From: Squalus acanthias
Taxonomy: Eukaryota
Direction of reading: 5' to 3'
Assembly (NCBI GenBank): GCA_030390025.1
Contig: CM059438.1
Location: 53,136,001 to 53,200,000 of the forward strand
Length of the DNA stretch: 64,000 bases
Within the stretch, counting starts at the first letter, position 1, and each line of letters starts with the position of its first letter. The notes under the pieces are model-generated. The model saw nothing but the letters and a program-made list of their open reading frames with translations. It searched no databases and had not been told where the DNA came from. The position numbers and the translations under genes are program-made. Of the stretch, positions 50,921 through 63,708 are shown in pieces.

Positions 50921-51322
50921 TGTTGGTTCCAGCAGAATTGATGTACAGGTCTGTCCAGGCCGAGAGTCAAGGCTGCAATGTGCAGGGTGTGGCTGGACAG
51001 CAAGATGGACCCGCCCCTTTAAGAACTGGCCGTCGCCAGTCTGTCTGTGTTCCATTGCTAACTGACATCACCTGAGCTTCGCCAGCGCTCTGAGGTAGCG
51101 CCTCGCTCCTCGGCGTTAGCGCCTTAAGACAGGTGTGTAGCGCCTGATTTAGCGCTCAAATCAACTCCAGGGGCGATAGAGGCCAAGTTTGCAGTCGGAG
51201 GCGATAATTAGCACCGGGCGCTAAACTTCGTGCCTGGCCGATAATTGCGCCCCAAACGGGGCGATACCGAATTTCTCCCCCCAGGTGTCCTTTCAATGGC
51301 ACCTCTATTATTGGCAAATAAT

Positions 51323-52076
51323 GGGGCAGAAATTTGGCTGTTGTCGGGTGAGTACGCACTGTGTACTCACCCGTGGACGGAACGAAAGTGCCGGTTTCTT
51401 GCATGCACTGCGCAAGCGTGGGAAACCGGCACTTCCGTTCCCCTGAGGAAAGGGGTTCAGAGGTCGAACGCGCACGCCGAAGGGCCAGCGCGTTCGCCTC
51501 GCACTTCGGGTTTTTTTACAGGTTCCTCCATGAAGGTAAGCACGGAGAAGATACACTTTTAAAAAGGATGCACAAGGCCTTCTTTTAACAAGGTAAGTGT
51601 TGATTTTATTAAAATTTAAACATTTTTTTCACAGATTTATCTTTTTTAATTACTTTAAAGAAAGGTAAGTTTAGTTTTAGCCCCGTTAAAAAATGTAATT
51701 AATTTTTTCAAAAATTTAAATTTTTGTTTAAAATAGTTAATTAATGTAATTTATAGTTATTTTAAAAATGTGATTTTTAAAAAAAATTTATTTGTAGTTT
51801 TGGGGCCGATCTGTATTCATAGATTTGACAGGTCTTCCTGTCAAATCTATGAATGAAAGATGGTCTGCTGCCATTGGCTCTCCATGGCCCATGTGATCCC
51901 AGGGGACGCATCGCACTAACTACGCCCCTGGGATACACAAGCACTGCGCGCCGGCAGTTGGAGGAGGCCCAGGAGCCGAAGTCCCCATGGGCCCAGAGGT
52001 CAACGGCAGGCGCGGTAGGTAGGTGCGCGGGCGATCCTTGCACCCGCGGGAAGCCAGGGAGCCGAATTTCTGGCCC
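51323..52076. mobile_element. Harbinger-type MITE
   Basis: TIRs GGGGCAGAAATTTGGCT / AGCCGAATTTCTGGCCC; flanks AAT / ATT. Confidence 0.72.
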
Positions 52077-52614
52077 ATTATAATTGGCATGGCAGGGCTC
52101 GATGGGAGTAAAGGGCACCAAGAGGTATCATTAACAAGTTCCAACCCACTGACACAGTGCATTGATACACAAGGGGAAAATAACTAACCAGGCACATGAC
52201 AGAGATTATAACTAAGCACAGGGTGGCCAGCAGTTGAAGATATCTGCTGGGGTAGCGCTGAATAGCCTATCGTACTGGAAATAGTGGACTAGACATTCCG
52301 ACTTTGATGATGGACTTGGCGTTAATTTTAATGGTGAGAAGATCACGAAGGCTACGAACATGTAGGCTGGCCTCTCAACCTGAATTCCTGATCTGGGCTC
52401 CCATCAGGCTAAGCTGTAAAATCTACCCGTGTCATTTAATGTCTCATACATCAGTGAGGTTCCCCTCTGGATGCTTAAGCTTCTCTAATCAACCGGTAAC
52501 ATGTTGTGTGATGGACAATCTCCTGGGTGTTAGAGGGAAAACTCATCGCCAGGCATGTCGTCATTAGCTCCCCAAAAACATTTGGGAATTCAGGCAAAAA
52601 CAAGACTTCGCCTG

Positions 52615-53217
52615 TTTTTTAAAATTCGTTTATGGGATGTGGGCGTCGCTGGCAAGACCAGCATTTATTGCCCATCCCTAATTGCCCTTGAGAAGGTGGT
52701 GGTGAGCCGCCTTCTTGAACCGCTGCACTCCGTGTGGTGAAGGTACTCCCACAGTGCTGTTAGGCAAGGAGTTCCAGGATTTTGACCCAGCGACGATGAA
52801 GGAATGGTAATATATTTCCAAGTCAGGATGGTGTGTGACTTGGAGGGGAACTTGGAGGTGGTGGTGTTCCCATGCGCCTGCTGCCCTTGTCCTTCTAGGT
52901 GGTAGAGGTCGCGGGTTTGGGAGGTGCTGCCAAAGAAGCCTTGGCGAATTGCTGCAGTGCATCTTGTAGATGGTACACACTGCAGCCACGGTGCGCCGGT
53001 GGTGGAGGGAGTGAATGTTTAAGGTGGTAGATGGGGTGCCAATCAAGCGGGCTGCTTTGTTCTGGATGGTGTCAAGCTTCTTGAGTGTTGTTGGAGCTGC
53101 ACTCATCCGGGCAAGTGGAGAGTATTCCATCACACTCCTGACTTGTGCCTTGTAGATGGTGGAAAGGCTCTGGGGAGTCAGGAGGTGAGACACTCGCCAC
53201 AGAATACCTAGCCTCTG
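52615..53217 (-). mobile_element. LINE 3' end (CR1 group; probably the tRNA-headed family)
   Basis: IYKAQVRSVMEYSP, LDTIQNKAARLI, FKKAAHHHL; short 3' UTR and A tail. Confidence 0.85.
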
Positions 53218-55498
53218 TTTAGCAGGTGCAGTGGAAGCTGATTACTGAAGCGCCAATGATTAAAACATCACTTTCCTGGACATATTTTGACACAGCAGAC
53301 TGGATTATTCCAAATCTGGAAAATAAGACCATTAGGGCCATTTATTATCTCTTCACAGCTTCTTTTATATTCAGGGGGGGTCTGTTCTAAATCATTTTCA
53401 CTGCAATATTATTCATACTTCACTACACAACAAACATATGCTGTTTGTTCTCTGCACAGCACGAGGTGCCAACTCTACTGGAGGGCTTGTTGTTATTTAA
53501 CTGACTTGTTCATGCACGACTCGGGATATCAGATGACTGAATCAAGTATGAGCTTCAATGTTGCTGTAAAACAAGATAAAAAGAGGACAGAATGTATTGA
53601 GGAGCAGATCGCACATGTATTCCAATTCATGCAGCATCACCGACATAAAGTTACAGAGATTGCAGCCGGTCCAACCTCTGTGATGCCATGGACAATCTGG
53701 AACCACCGCTGCTCCGAGACCGATTGTCCTTTTGGTGAAATGATTATTTCGGTGCCCCAGACAGTAACACACGGATGCAGCACCAAGTGGCTGCTGTATG
53801 GAAATTATATTCGAATGTGGCTGTTTGGTTTTTGGGCCTTTCCTGCCCTTTGTATCCTAAATACTTTAGCTTCTGTATTTTAGATTACTCTCATGTGAGT
53901 TTTTAGCTCTTTATGGCCTCAAGAGTATTTTTTATTGGCCCCGAGACCGTGGCAGGTATTGTGCCCAGGATAATGAACAAAAAATCTTTATTTGGCTGCT
54001 GGGCCAATCCTGTGCCACCACAGGCACTTATTTAGATCTTCACAATAAGCAAAGCCTCACACCATCAGAGCTCACTACAGAGTTTAACTATCAAGTGAGG
54101 TTATTGAACAATAGATGAGCAAGCGAGTAAGTGGGTGGCCAACCAGCAGGGTAGGAATCCTCCGGGAGTATGGCGCTCACAAACCGGTTTTCAGTATTGA
54201 ATACTGGTGATGGTGACGACACCTCGAGGGAGTGCAGTCTGGAGCATGGCACCATGAGGCAAAGGACTGCACGGTGGGGGAGGTGGGGGGGAGGGGAGGG
54301 GGGAGCAGTAAAGTGTAGGAATGCAGTAGTAATTGGCGATTCAATAGTCAGGGAGACAGGCAGGCAGTTCTGCTACCGCCGATATCAATCCCACATGGTG
54401 TGTCGCCTCCCTGGTGCCAGGGTAAAGGATATGACTGAGAGGGTGCAGAACATTTTGAGGGGGGAAGGAGGACAGCCATAAGTCGTGGTCCACATGGGAA
54501 CCAATGACATAGGAAGGAAAAAAATTGAGATTCTGCCATCAGAGTTTCAGGAGCTAGGGAGAAAATTTAAGAGTAGGACCTCGAAGGTAGCAATCTCAGG
54601 ATTACTCCCAGTGCCTCACACTAGTGAGGTTAGGAGCAGTAAGATAAGACAGGTGACTGGAGAAATGGTGCAGGAGGGAGCACTTCAGATTCCTGGGGCA
54701 TTGGGGCCATTTCTGGGGCAGGAGGGACCTGTACAAGATGAACCTTAACAGGGCTGGGAGCAATGTCCTCGCAGGGAGGTTAACGAGTGCTGGGGGGGGA
54801 GGGTTTAAATTAATTTGGCAGTGGGGTGGGCACCAGGATGAAACATTTGAGAGGAGAAACAAGGTGCACAGAGGACTGGGAGAGGCAAATAGCACTAGAG
54901 TAATGAATAGTTCAGAAACAGGAAGGACCAGACGCAGGCAAATGTGAGGCAGTCTAAGATGGGTTTGGAGTCCATGTGCATAAATACCCGGAGCTTGGTA
55001 AATAAGGTTGGTGAGCTGCAGGGACAAATCGCCACATGGGATTAGGATATAGTGACAATAACAGAGACCTGGCTCAAAGAAGGATTTCGAACTTAATATT
55101 CCTGGCTACAAGGTATTCAGGAAATATAGGGAAGAAAGAAAGAAGGGGTTTGTCAGTATTGATCAAAGATACTGCTACAGCACTAGAAAGGGATGATGTA
55201 CTTGAGGTTCAAAGACAGAATGTATTTGATTATAATGAAGGAACAATAGAGGAGTTATTACTCTGCAGGGTGTGTACTATAGACCACCAAATAGTGGGAA
55301 GGAGATAGAGGAGTAAATTTGCAGGCAAATTGCAGAAAGATGCAAGAACTACAGAGTAGTGATAATTGGGGACTTCAAATTATCCGAATATGGACTGGGA
55401 TAGTAACAGTGTAAAGAGCAAAGGGGGTGGAATTCCTAAAATGTGTAGAAGAGAACTTTCTCGATCAGTGTGTTTCCAGCCCAACGAGGAAGGAAGCA

Positions 55499-57023
55499 TA
55501 AGAACATAAGAACATAAGAAATAGGAGCAGGAGTAGGCCAATCGGCCCCTCGAGCCTGCTCCGCCATTCAATAAGATCATGGCTGATCTGATCCTAACCG
55601 CCAATCTACTATCTATCACAGAACCATCTCCTGCATCTAACAGAATTGCACACACGAAATAGGAGCAGAATCAGGCTACACAGTCCCTGGGCCCGCTCCA
55701 CTACCCACAGGGCCATGACCGATCCGAACCTAGACTCATGTCCAAATTCCTGCCCGCTCCCCGTAACCCTTAATGCCCTTTACTTCTAGGAAACTGTCTA
55801 TTTCTGTTTTAAATTTAATTAATGTTGTAGCTTCTACAGCTTTTTGTGGCAGCATATTCCATGGACCTACCACCCTCTGAGTGAAGTAGTTCCTCCTCAT
55901 CTCAGTTTTGAAAGAGCAGCCCCTTATTCTAAGACTATGTCCCCTAGTTCTCGTCTCACCCGTCATCGGGAACATCCTCCCCGCATCCACCCGATCCAAC
56001 CCCTTCACAATCTTATATGTTTCAATAAGATCGCCTCTCATTCTTCTGAACTCCAATGAGTAGAGTCCCAATCTACCCAACCTCTCCTCATATGACCACC
56101 CCCTCATCCCCGGGATTAACCGAGTGAACCTTTTTTGCACTGCCTCGAGAGCAAGGATGTCTTTCCTTAAGTAAGGACACCAAAACTGTATGCAGTATTC
56201 CAGGTGCGGTCTCACCAATACCTTGTACAACTGAAGCAATACCTCCCTATTTTTATACTCTATCCCCCTAGCAATGAAAGCCAACATTCCATTTGCCTTC
56301 TTAATCACTTGCTGCACCTGCATACTAACCTTTTGAGTTTCGTGCACCAGGACCCCCAGATCCCTTTGCACTTCAGTACTCTCCAGTTTCTTGCCATTAA
56401 GATAATAAATTGCTCTAGGATTTTTCCTGCCAAAGTGCATCACCTCACACTTTCCAGTGTTGTATTCCATCTGCCAAATCTCTGCCCACTTACTTAGCCT
56501 GTCTATGTCCCCTTGCAGGTTTTTTATGTCCTCCTCACTCACTACTTTCCCTCCCATCTTTGTATCATCTGCAAATTTTGATATGTTACACTTGGTCCCT
56601 TCCTCCAAATCGTTAATATAGATTGTGAAGAGTTGGGGACCCAGCACTGACCCCTGTGGAACACCACTAGTTACTGATTGCCAGTCTGAGAATGAACCAT
56701 TTATCCCAACTCTTTGCTTTCTGTTAGATAGCCAATCCTCTATCCATGCCAGAATATTACCCCCAATCCCGTGATTTTTTACCTTAAGCAATAATCTTTT
56801 GTGTGGCACCTTGTCAAATGCCTTTTGGAAGTCTAAATACACTACGTCCACTGGTTCCCCTTTATCCACTCTATATGTTACTTCCTCAAAGAACTCCAGC
56901 AAATTTGTCAAACATGACTTCCCCTTCGTAAAACCATGCTGACTTTGTCCTATTAAATTATGATTATCCAAATGTCCTGTTACTGTTTCCTTAATAATGG
57001 ACTCCAAAATTTTACCTACCACA
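55499..57023 (-). mobile_element. Young 5'-truncated CR1/HER1-type LINE
   Basis: Uninterrupted 428-aa RT ORF (55736-57022; PQGSVLGP, FADD); (AAGAACAT)n tail; TSD GAAGCA (55493-55498, 57024-57029). Confidence 0.95.
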
Positions 57024-57352
57024 GAAGCAGTGCTGGATCTAGTTCTGGGGAATGAAGTGGGGCAAGTGGAGCATTTTCAGTGGGAGAGTATTTGGGGAAT
57101 GGTGATCATAATATAATCAGGTTTAGAATAGTTATGGAAAAGGACAAGGTACAATCAAACATAAAAATACTTAACTGCAGGAGGGCTAACTTCAGTGAGT
57201 TTAAATGGGATCTGGCCCAGGTGGATTGGAATCAAAAATTGGTAGGCAAAACAATGGGAGGTCTACAAGGAGGAGATAGTTTATGTACAGAGTAGACACA
57301 TTCCCAAGGAAGGCCATCCAAAGCTAGAGCTCCCTGGATGACTAAAGATATA

Positions 57353-58125
57353 GGGCTAAAAATTGAGTCGCGCCCCATTTGGGGCGCTAACCTCGCCGGG
57401 GCGCTACTTTTAGCGCCCCGAAAAAATTAGCGGCCCCGCGCCTGAACTTCAGTGGTTGCGCCCCAAGAGGGAAGCGGGGCGCCACTGGAAGCACCCCGCA
57501 TCCCTCTTGGGGCGCTGCGAGGGAATATCCTGGCGCTACGTGCCGCAGCGCCAGGCGCTGCGGCACGTCGCGCCGCGGTATTGCAGGCCTTCCTCCCCTT
57601 CTTAAAGGGGAGGGACCCTGCGCAGCGCGAACCGGGGCCCAGCTGGGCCCCCAGGGATCGGGAGTGCCGGCAAAAGAGCCTGGCACTCAAGAGAAGTGCC
57701 GGGCTCTTGGAGCGCAGCCGGCACTTCACGGTGGGGGGGCTTCACGGGGGCCGGGGACAGCAACGGGGGCAGGTGCTGGCAGGCGGCCAGCAACAAAAAT
57801 GGCCACCTGCCACCTCCCCTTTAAATATCGCCGCCCCGGCCGCACGTACGCCTCCCTGAACCCGTCGGACATAGCGTCTGGCGGTAAATCAGGGGGCGCG
57901 ACTGAAGATCGCGGCTGGAGCGCGAGCGGGGTGCTGCGCACGGCGATGATGTCATCGCCGGCGGCGCAGCGCCACAGGGCGCTACCGGCTGGCGCCGCCG
58001 CTAACCTCCCGCTGAATTTTACGGGAGGCGTGGGCGGCGCTGCGCCCGGGCGTTAGCTGCTTTACGCCCCATTAGCGCCCTCTTAAGGCGCTAACGGGAG
58101 GCGCAAGCAGCTGAATTTTTCCCCC
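57353..58125. mobile_element. Harbinger MITE related to family A
   Basis: TIRs GGGCTAAAAATT / AATTTTTCCCCC; TSD ATA; removal restores host WMTKDIEIKMRQKKEAY; right end closely matches 12635-12700. Confidence 0.9.
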
Positions 58126-60350
58126 ATAGAGATTAAAATGAGACAGAAAAAGGAGGCTTATGACAAATGTAAGATTCATAATACAGTAAAGAACCAAGCT
58201 GAATATAGAAAGTAGGAAATCTAAAAAAGGGAATAAAAGGGGCAAAGAGAGATTAAGAGAATAGATAAGCAGCTAACGTAGAAAGGTACCCCAAAAGTAT
58301 TTTATAAACATATATATAGTGAAAGGGTAGTCAAAGGAAGGGTGGGGCCGATTAGGGACCAAAAAGGAGATCTTCTTGTGGAGGCAGAGGGCATGGCTGA
58401 GGTACTAAATGAGTACTTTGCACTGTCTTCACTGGAGAAGAGAATGGTGCCAATGTAGCAATAAAGGAGGAGGCAGTAGTGATAATGGATAGGATAAAAA
58501 TAGATAATGAGGATATACTTAAAAGGTTTGCAGTACTAAAAGTCACCTGGTCCGGATGGGATGTATCCTAGGTTACTGAGGGAGGTAAGGGTGGAAATTG
58601 CAGAGGCTCTGGCCACAATACTCCAATCCTCCTTAGATATGGGGGTGGTGCCAGAGCACTGGAGGATTACAAATGTTACATCCCTGTTCAACTAAGGGGA
58701 GAGGGATAATCCTGGAAACTGCAGGCCAGCCAGTCTAATGTTGGTAGTAGGGAAACTTTTAGAGACAATAATCTGGGACAAAATTAATTGGCACTTGGAA
58801 AATTATGGGCTGATAAATGAAATTCAGCATGGATTTGTTAAAAGCAAATTGTGTTTGACTAACTTGATTGAGTTCTTTGATGAAGTAACGAAGAGCGTGG
58901 ATGAGGGTAGTGCGGTTGATGTGTATATGGACCTTCAAAAGGTGTTTGATAAAGTACCACATAATAGATTTATAAGCAAAATTAAAGCCCATGGGATTAA
59001 AGGGGCAGCGTGGATATGAAATTGGCTAAGGGACAGAAAGCAAAGAATAGCAGTGAACGGTTGTTTTTCAGACTAGAGGGAAGTATACAGTGGGTCCCCC
59101 AGGGGTCAGTATTGGGACCACTGCTCTTTTTGATATATTTTATTGACCTGGACATGATTTCAATGTTTGCAGATGACACGAAACTCAGAAATGTAGTAAA
59201 CAATGAGGAGGATAGTAACAGACTTCAGGAGGACTTAGACAGACTGGTGAAATGGGCAGACACATGGCAGATGAAATTTAACGCAGAGAAATGTGAGGTG
59301 ATACATTTTGGTAGGAAGAATGAGGAGAGGCAATATAAACTAAATGGTATAATTTTAAAGGGGGTTAAGGAACAGAGACCTGGGGGTGTATGTACACAAA
59401 TCTTTGAAGGTGGTAGAACAATTTGAGAAAACTGTTAAAAAATCATATGGGATACTTGGTTTTATAAATAGAGGCATAGAGTACAAAAGAAAGGAAGATA
59501 TACTAAATCGTTATAAAACACTGGTTAGGCCTCAGCTAGAGTATTGTGTTCAATTCTGGGCAGCACACTTTAGGAAGGATGTCAAGGCCTTAGAGAGGAT
59601 GCAGAAGAGATTTACTAGAATGGTACCGGGGATGAGGGATTTCAGTTACGAGGAGAGACTAGAGAAGCTGGGGTTGTTCTCCTTAGAGCAGAGAAGGTTA
59701 AGAGAAGATTTGATAGAGGTGTTCAAAATCATGAAGGGTTTTGATAGAGTAAATAAAGAGAAACTGTTTCCATTGGCTGAAGGGTCAGTAACCAGAGGGC
59801 ACAGATTGAAGGTGATTGGCAAAAGAACCAGAGGCGACATGAGGACATTTTTTACGCAGCGAGTTGTTGTGATCTGGAATGCACGGCCTGATAGGGTGGT
59901 GGAAGCAGATTCCAGAGTAACATGCAAAAGCGAGTTTGATAAATACTTAAGTGAAAACATTTACAGGGTTATGGAGAAAGACGAGGGGAGTGGGAATAAT
60001 TGGAGAGCTCTTTCAAAGAGTTGGCACAGGCACGATGGGCCGAATGGCCTCCTTCTATCATTCTATAATAACAGCAACAGAAAACATGTATATCAACTAC
60101 ACCAACTTCTCTCAAAAACAAAACCATAAACTATTATTCTATAGTTACCTTTATATACAGTTTTTATTTTCTATAGTCTTACGAACTGTGGGAACCGAGC
60201 TCTTTGAAAGTTGCAAACCGACTCAACTGATTGTAACATTCCAGGTTAATTAAATACTCCCCCACATTGCCGGAGCTCCTTGGAGTTGAATAACGATCAG
60301 CTAAACTCAAAAGTAACTACCATAACTGCATATAATTGAGCAAATCACAG

Positions 60351-60530
60351 GGTTGAGTAGATTTGCCACCCAGGTGTCAAACTGGTTTTGCGAATCGCCC
60401 ACCAGTTAGAGAAACTGCCTGATTTTGATTTCATCTATTTCGATTGAAATGAAACTTGGCCAGTTTCAATAATGGGCGGCTAATCTGGAATGCCAGTTTT
60501 ACACACGGGTGGCATGTTGAAAATCTACCC
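60351..60530. mobile_element. Short palindromic MITE-like element
   Basis: Imperfect inverted arms (ccacccaggtgtcaaactgg ... ccagttttacacacgggtgg); CAG on both flanks. Confidence 0.55.
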
Positions 60531-60623
60531 CAGTATGTTATTGTGTAGCTTGCCTTCTCTCCCTAGGTAGATAGCGGCGAGCATTGTACTGGGTTACGCT
60601 GGGATATTTTGAATGCAGCTGGT

Positions 60624-61188
60624 TATAGAATCATGGAATAGTACAGCACAGTAGGAGGCCATTCGGCCCATCGAGTCTGTGCTGGCACTTTCGAAGAGCA
60701 ATCCAGTTAGTCCCACTCCCCCTGCTCTTTCCCATATACCTGCAATTTTTTCTCGTTCAAGTATTTATCCAATTCCCTTTTGAAGGCTACTACAGAATCT
60801 GGATCCACCACCCTATCAGGCAGTGCATTCCAAATCCTAACCACTCATTGTGTAAAAAAAGGTTTTCCTCATCTCACCTCTGGTTCTTTTGCCAATCACC
60901 TTAAATCTGTGCCCTCTAGTTATCGACCCTTCAGCCATTGGAAACAGTTTCTCCTTATTTACTCTATCTAAACCCTTCATGATTTTAAACACCTCTATCA
61001 AATCTCCTCTTAGCCTTCTCTGCTCTAAGGAGAACAACCCCAGCTTCTTCAGTCTATCCACATAACTGTAACCTCTCATCCCTGGAAACATTCTAGTAAA
61101 TCTCTTCTGTAATCTCTCCAAAACCTTCACGTCCTTCCTAAAGTGTGGTGCCCAGAATTGGACACAATACTCCAGCTGGGGCCCAACT
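60624..61188 (-). mobile_element. CR1 LINE 3' fragment
   Basis: ORF 60837-61244 peptides. Confidence 0.9.
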
Positions 61189-62187
61189 AGAATCATAGAA
61201 TCATAGAAATTTACAGCACAGAAGGAGGCCATTCGGCCCATCATGTCCGTACCGGCCGAAAAAGAGCTATCCAGCCTTATCCCACTTTCCAGCTCTTGGT
61301 CCGTAGCCCTGTAGGTTACAGCACTTCATGTGCATATCCAAGTACTTTTTAAATGCGATGAGGGTTTCTGCCTCTACCACCCTTTCAGGCAGTGAGTTCC
61401 AGACACCCACCGCCCTCTGGGTGAAAAAAGTTCCCCTCATCTCCCCATTATACCTTCTACCAATTACTTTAAATCTATGCCCTCTGATTATTGACCTCTC
61501 TGCTAAGGGAAATAGGTCCTTCCTATCCACTCTATCACGGCCCCTCATAATTTTATACACCTCAATTAAGCCTCCCCTCAGCCTCCTTTGTTCCAAAGAA
61601 AACAACCCCAGCCTATCCAATCTTTCCTCATAACTAAAATTCACGAGTCCTGACAACATCGTCGTAAATTTCCACTGTACCTTCTCTAGTCCAATCACAT
61701 CTTTCCTGTAATGTGGTGACCAGAACTGCACGCTGTACTCTAGCTGTGGCCTAACTAGTGTTTTATATAGTTCTAGCATAACCTCCCTGCTCTTATATTC
61801 TATGCCTCAGCTAATAAAGGAAAGTATCCCATATGCCTTCTTAACCACCTTATCTACCTGTCCTGTTACCTTCAGGGATCTGTGGACATGCACTCCAAGG
61901 TCCCTCTGTTCCTCTCCACTTCTCAGTATCCTACCATTTAATGTGTATTCCCTTGCCTTGTTAGCCCTCCCCAAATGCATTACCTCATACTTCTCCAGAT
62001 TGAATTCCATTTGCCACTTTTCTTCCCACCTGACCAGTCCATTGATATCTTCCTGCAGTCTGCAGCTTTCCTCCTCACTATCAACCACACGGCCAATTTG
62101 TGTATCATTAGCAAACTTCTTAATCATACCCCCTACATTCAAGTCTAAATCATTCTTACATACCACAAAAAGCAAGGGACCCAGTAC

Positions 62188-63708
62188 CAATGTTCCCTCT
62201 AACTTTTTTTGTACTGAGCGGGCCACGAACTCCTTTGAGCGCGACCTTTACATCCATGGGCAGATTTTACAACAACTTTTACAACAACAACAGCAACAGT
62301 GACCACTTAAAAGCATATATGCAGTAATGCCATATCGCCACCCCACCATCTCAAATCATGAGACAATCAGACAAGGTTCAATACAGGTTTAACATCTCTG
62401 CTTTTGAATTCTATTCCTCTAGAATGAAATGAACCCCAGTGCTTTATTTGCACTTTTATGACTTTTTTAACCTGTGTTGCTACTTTTAATGATTTGTGAA
62501 CCTATACCCCTAGATCCCTTTGCACTGCTACTCCATTTAGATTCTTATTTTCCAAGGAGTAAGTAGCCTCCTAAGTCCTCCTACCAAAATGCACCACCTC
62601 ACACTTATCTATATTGAAATTCATTTGTCATTTACATGCCCATTCTGCAAGTTTGTTTACGGTAGAATGAATTAAAAGCTTTAGTTCGTCATGTACAAAA
62701 CTCTATTTAAAAAAAAAATTATTTGTCCGAAATGACTGGAATATAAAAGATCTGCATAATAATGCATTAACACTTCAGAAACGTCACTCAGTTACACGGT
62801 TAAGCATCGTTAAACAATCCAAAAGCGCAAGGTGAGCTGAAAAAAGCGTATCTATTCATGCAATTTGTATTAATTTTAAAGTTTTCAACGTATTAGTCCA
62901 TCCCTCCTGTCACTATAGCAATGGCTGCACAAGCAACAGGAGCAGCGGCTTTCCCATGGCGCTGACGTACTGTACGTCCACATAAGTAATTAGAATATTA
63001 GTCATAAAACTTGGTAACTCACTCATCTGAAATAGGTTTAATAAGAAGATGAGGTACACGTGGTTATCTACTGATCTCTCCCACCGATTTTTAAAGTTTC
63101 GTTCAGCCCCATAGTGGTGGCCGGCTGCACTGAGCTGCCCCGCTCCGATTTGCCCCGCTCCGATTTTCCCCGCTCCGATTTGCCCCGCAGGGATTTGCCC
63201 CGCAGGGATTTGCCCCGCTCTGATTTGCCCCGCAGGGATTTGCCCCGCTCTGATTTGCCCCGCAGGGATTTGCCCCGCAGGGATTTGCCCCGCTCCGATT
63301 TGCCCTGCGGGGATCGCGGAGTTTGGGTAACACAGGCCCCTGGAACCGTGGCACCAAAGGAGAAGGAGGGAGACGCTGCCTTCATCACCATGGCAACCGG
63401 CTGAGCTCGGGTCCTCTACAGCTTCTGCCTGCAGCACCTGGAACTTCTCAGAGGGCGACACAACCGACATGTCACCCATTCCCTTTTCATGTGGCCACTG
63501 CCCCAACTCTTCTGTTAATTTCCAATTGGGTTCGGCTCTCAGGTCGCAAGACTAGCAAACGACTCTCTGTCTGCCTTCCGGGCCATTGTGTATTGGGCAC
63601 CTCTCCCACTCCAGCTGTCCAGCTCTCTGCGCTGCCTTGGATTTAAGTGCACTGGAGCTCAGGGACCAGTGCGCGGCCATGCAGCCGCACACCTTAGAGG
63701 AAACAGTG
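62188..63708. mobile_element. Non-autonomous hAT-type element
   Basis: TIRs CAATGTTCCCTCTAA / TTAGAGGAAACAGTG; TSD CCCAGTAC / CCTAGTAC; contains a CR1 scrap (about 62375-62660) and a 15-bp repeat. Confidence 0.85.
63135..63313. repeat. 15-bp tandem repeat GATTTGCCCCGC(TCC/AGG), about 12 copies
   Basis: Direct reading. Confidence 0.92.

Larger units (their letters stand above)
49260..51281 (-). mobile_element. Second, truncated copy of Harbinger family A
   Basis: Collinear with 8611-10435 in reverse; TIR GGGGGAGAAATTCGGTATCG. Confidence 0.92.
54160..60060 (+). mobile_element. Near full-length decayed CR1 LINE (SGNH esterase ORF1 plus APE-RT ORF2), with two nested insertions
   Basis: VIGDSIVR, LPGARVKD, HMGTNDIG (ORF1); GDHNIIRF, QHGFVK, PQGSVLGP, FADDTK, LVRPQLEYC (ORF2). 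Confidence 0.92.

Noticed and set aside
42370..51281. Composite Harbinger bounded by two left TIRs and mobilised as one unit
   Set aside because: The flanking trinucleotides do not match (CCT vs CAG), so there is no evidence it moved as a unit.
57387..58056. CpG island or GC-rich ORFs suggesting a host promoter
   Set aside because: Entirely inside a MITE with TIRs and an ATA TSD.
62913..63506. Collagen-like or repeat protein ORF (AGQIP)n
   Set aside because: Translation of a 15-bp repeat inside a hAT element.
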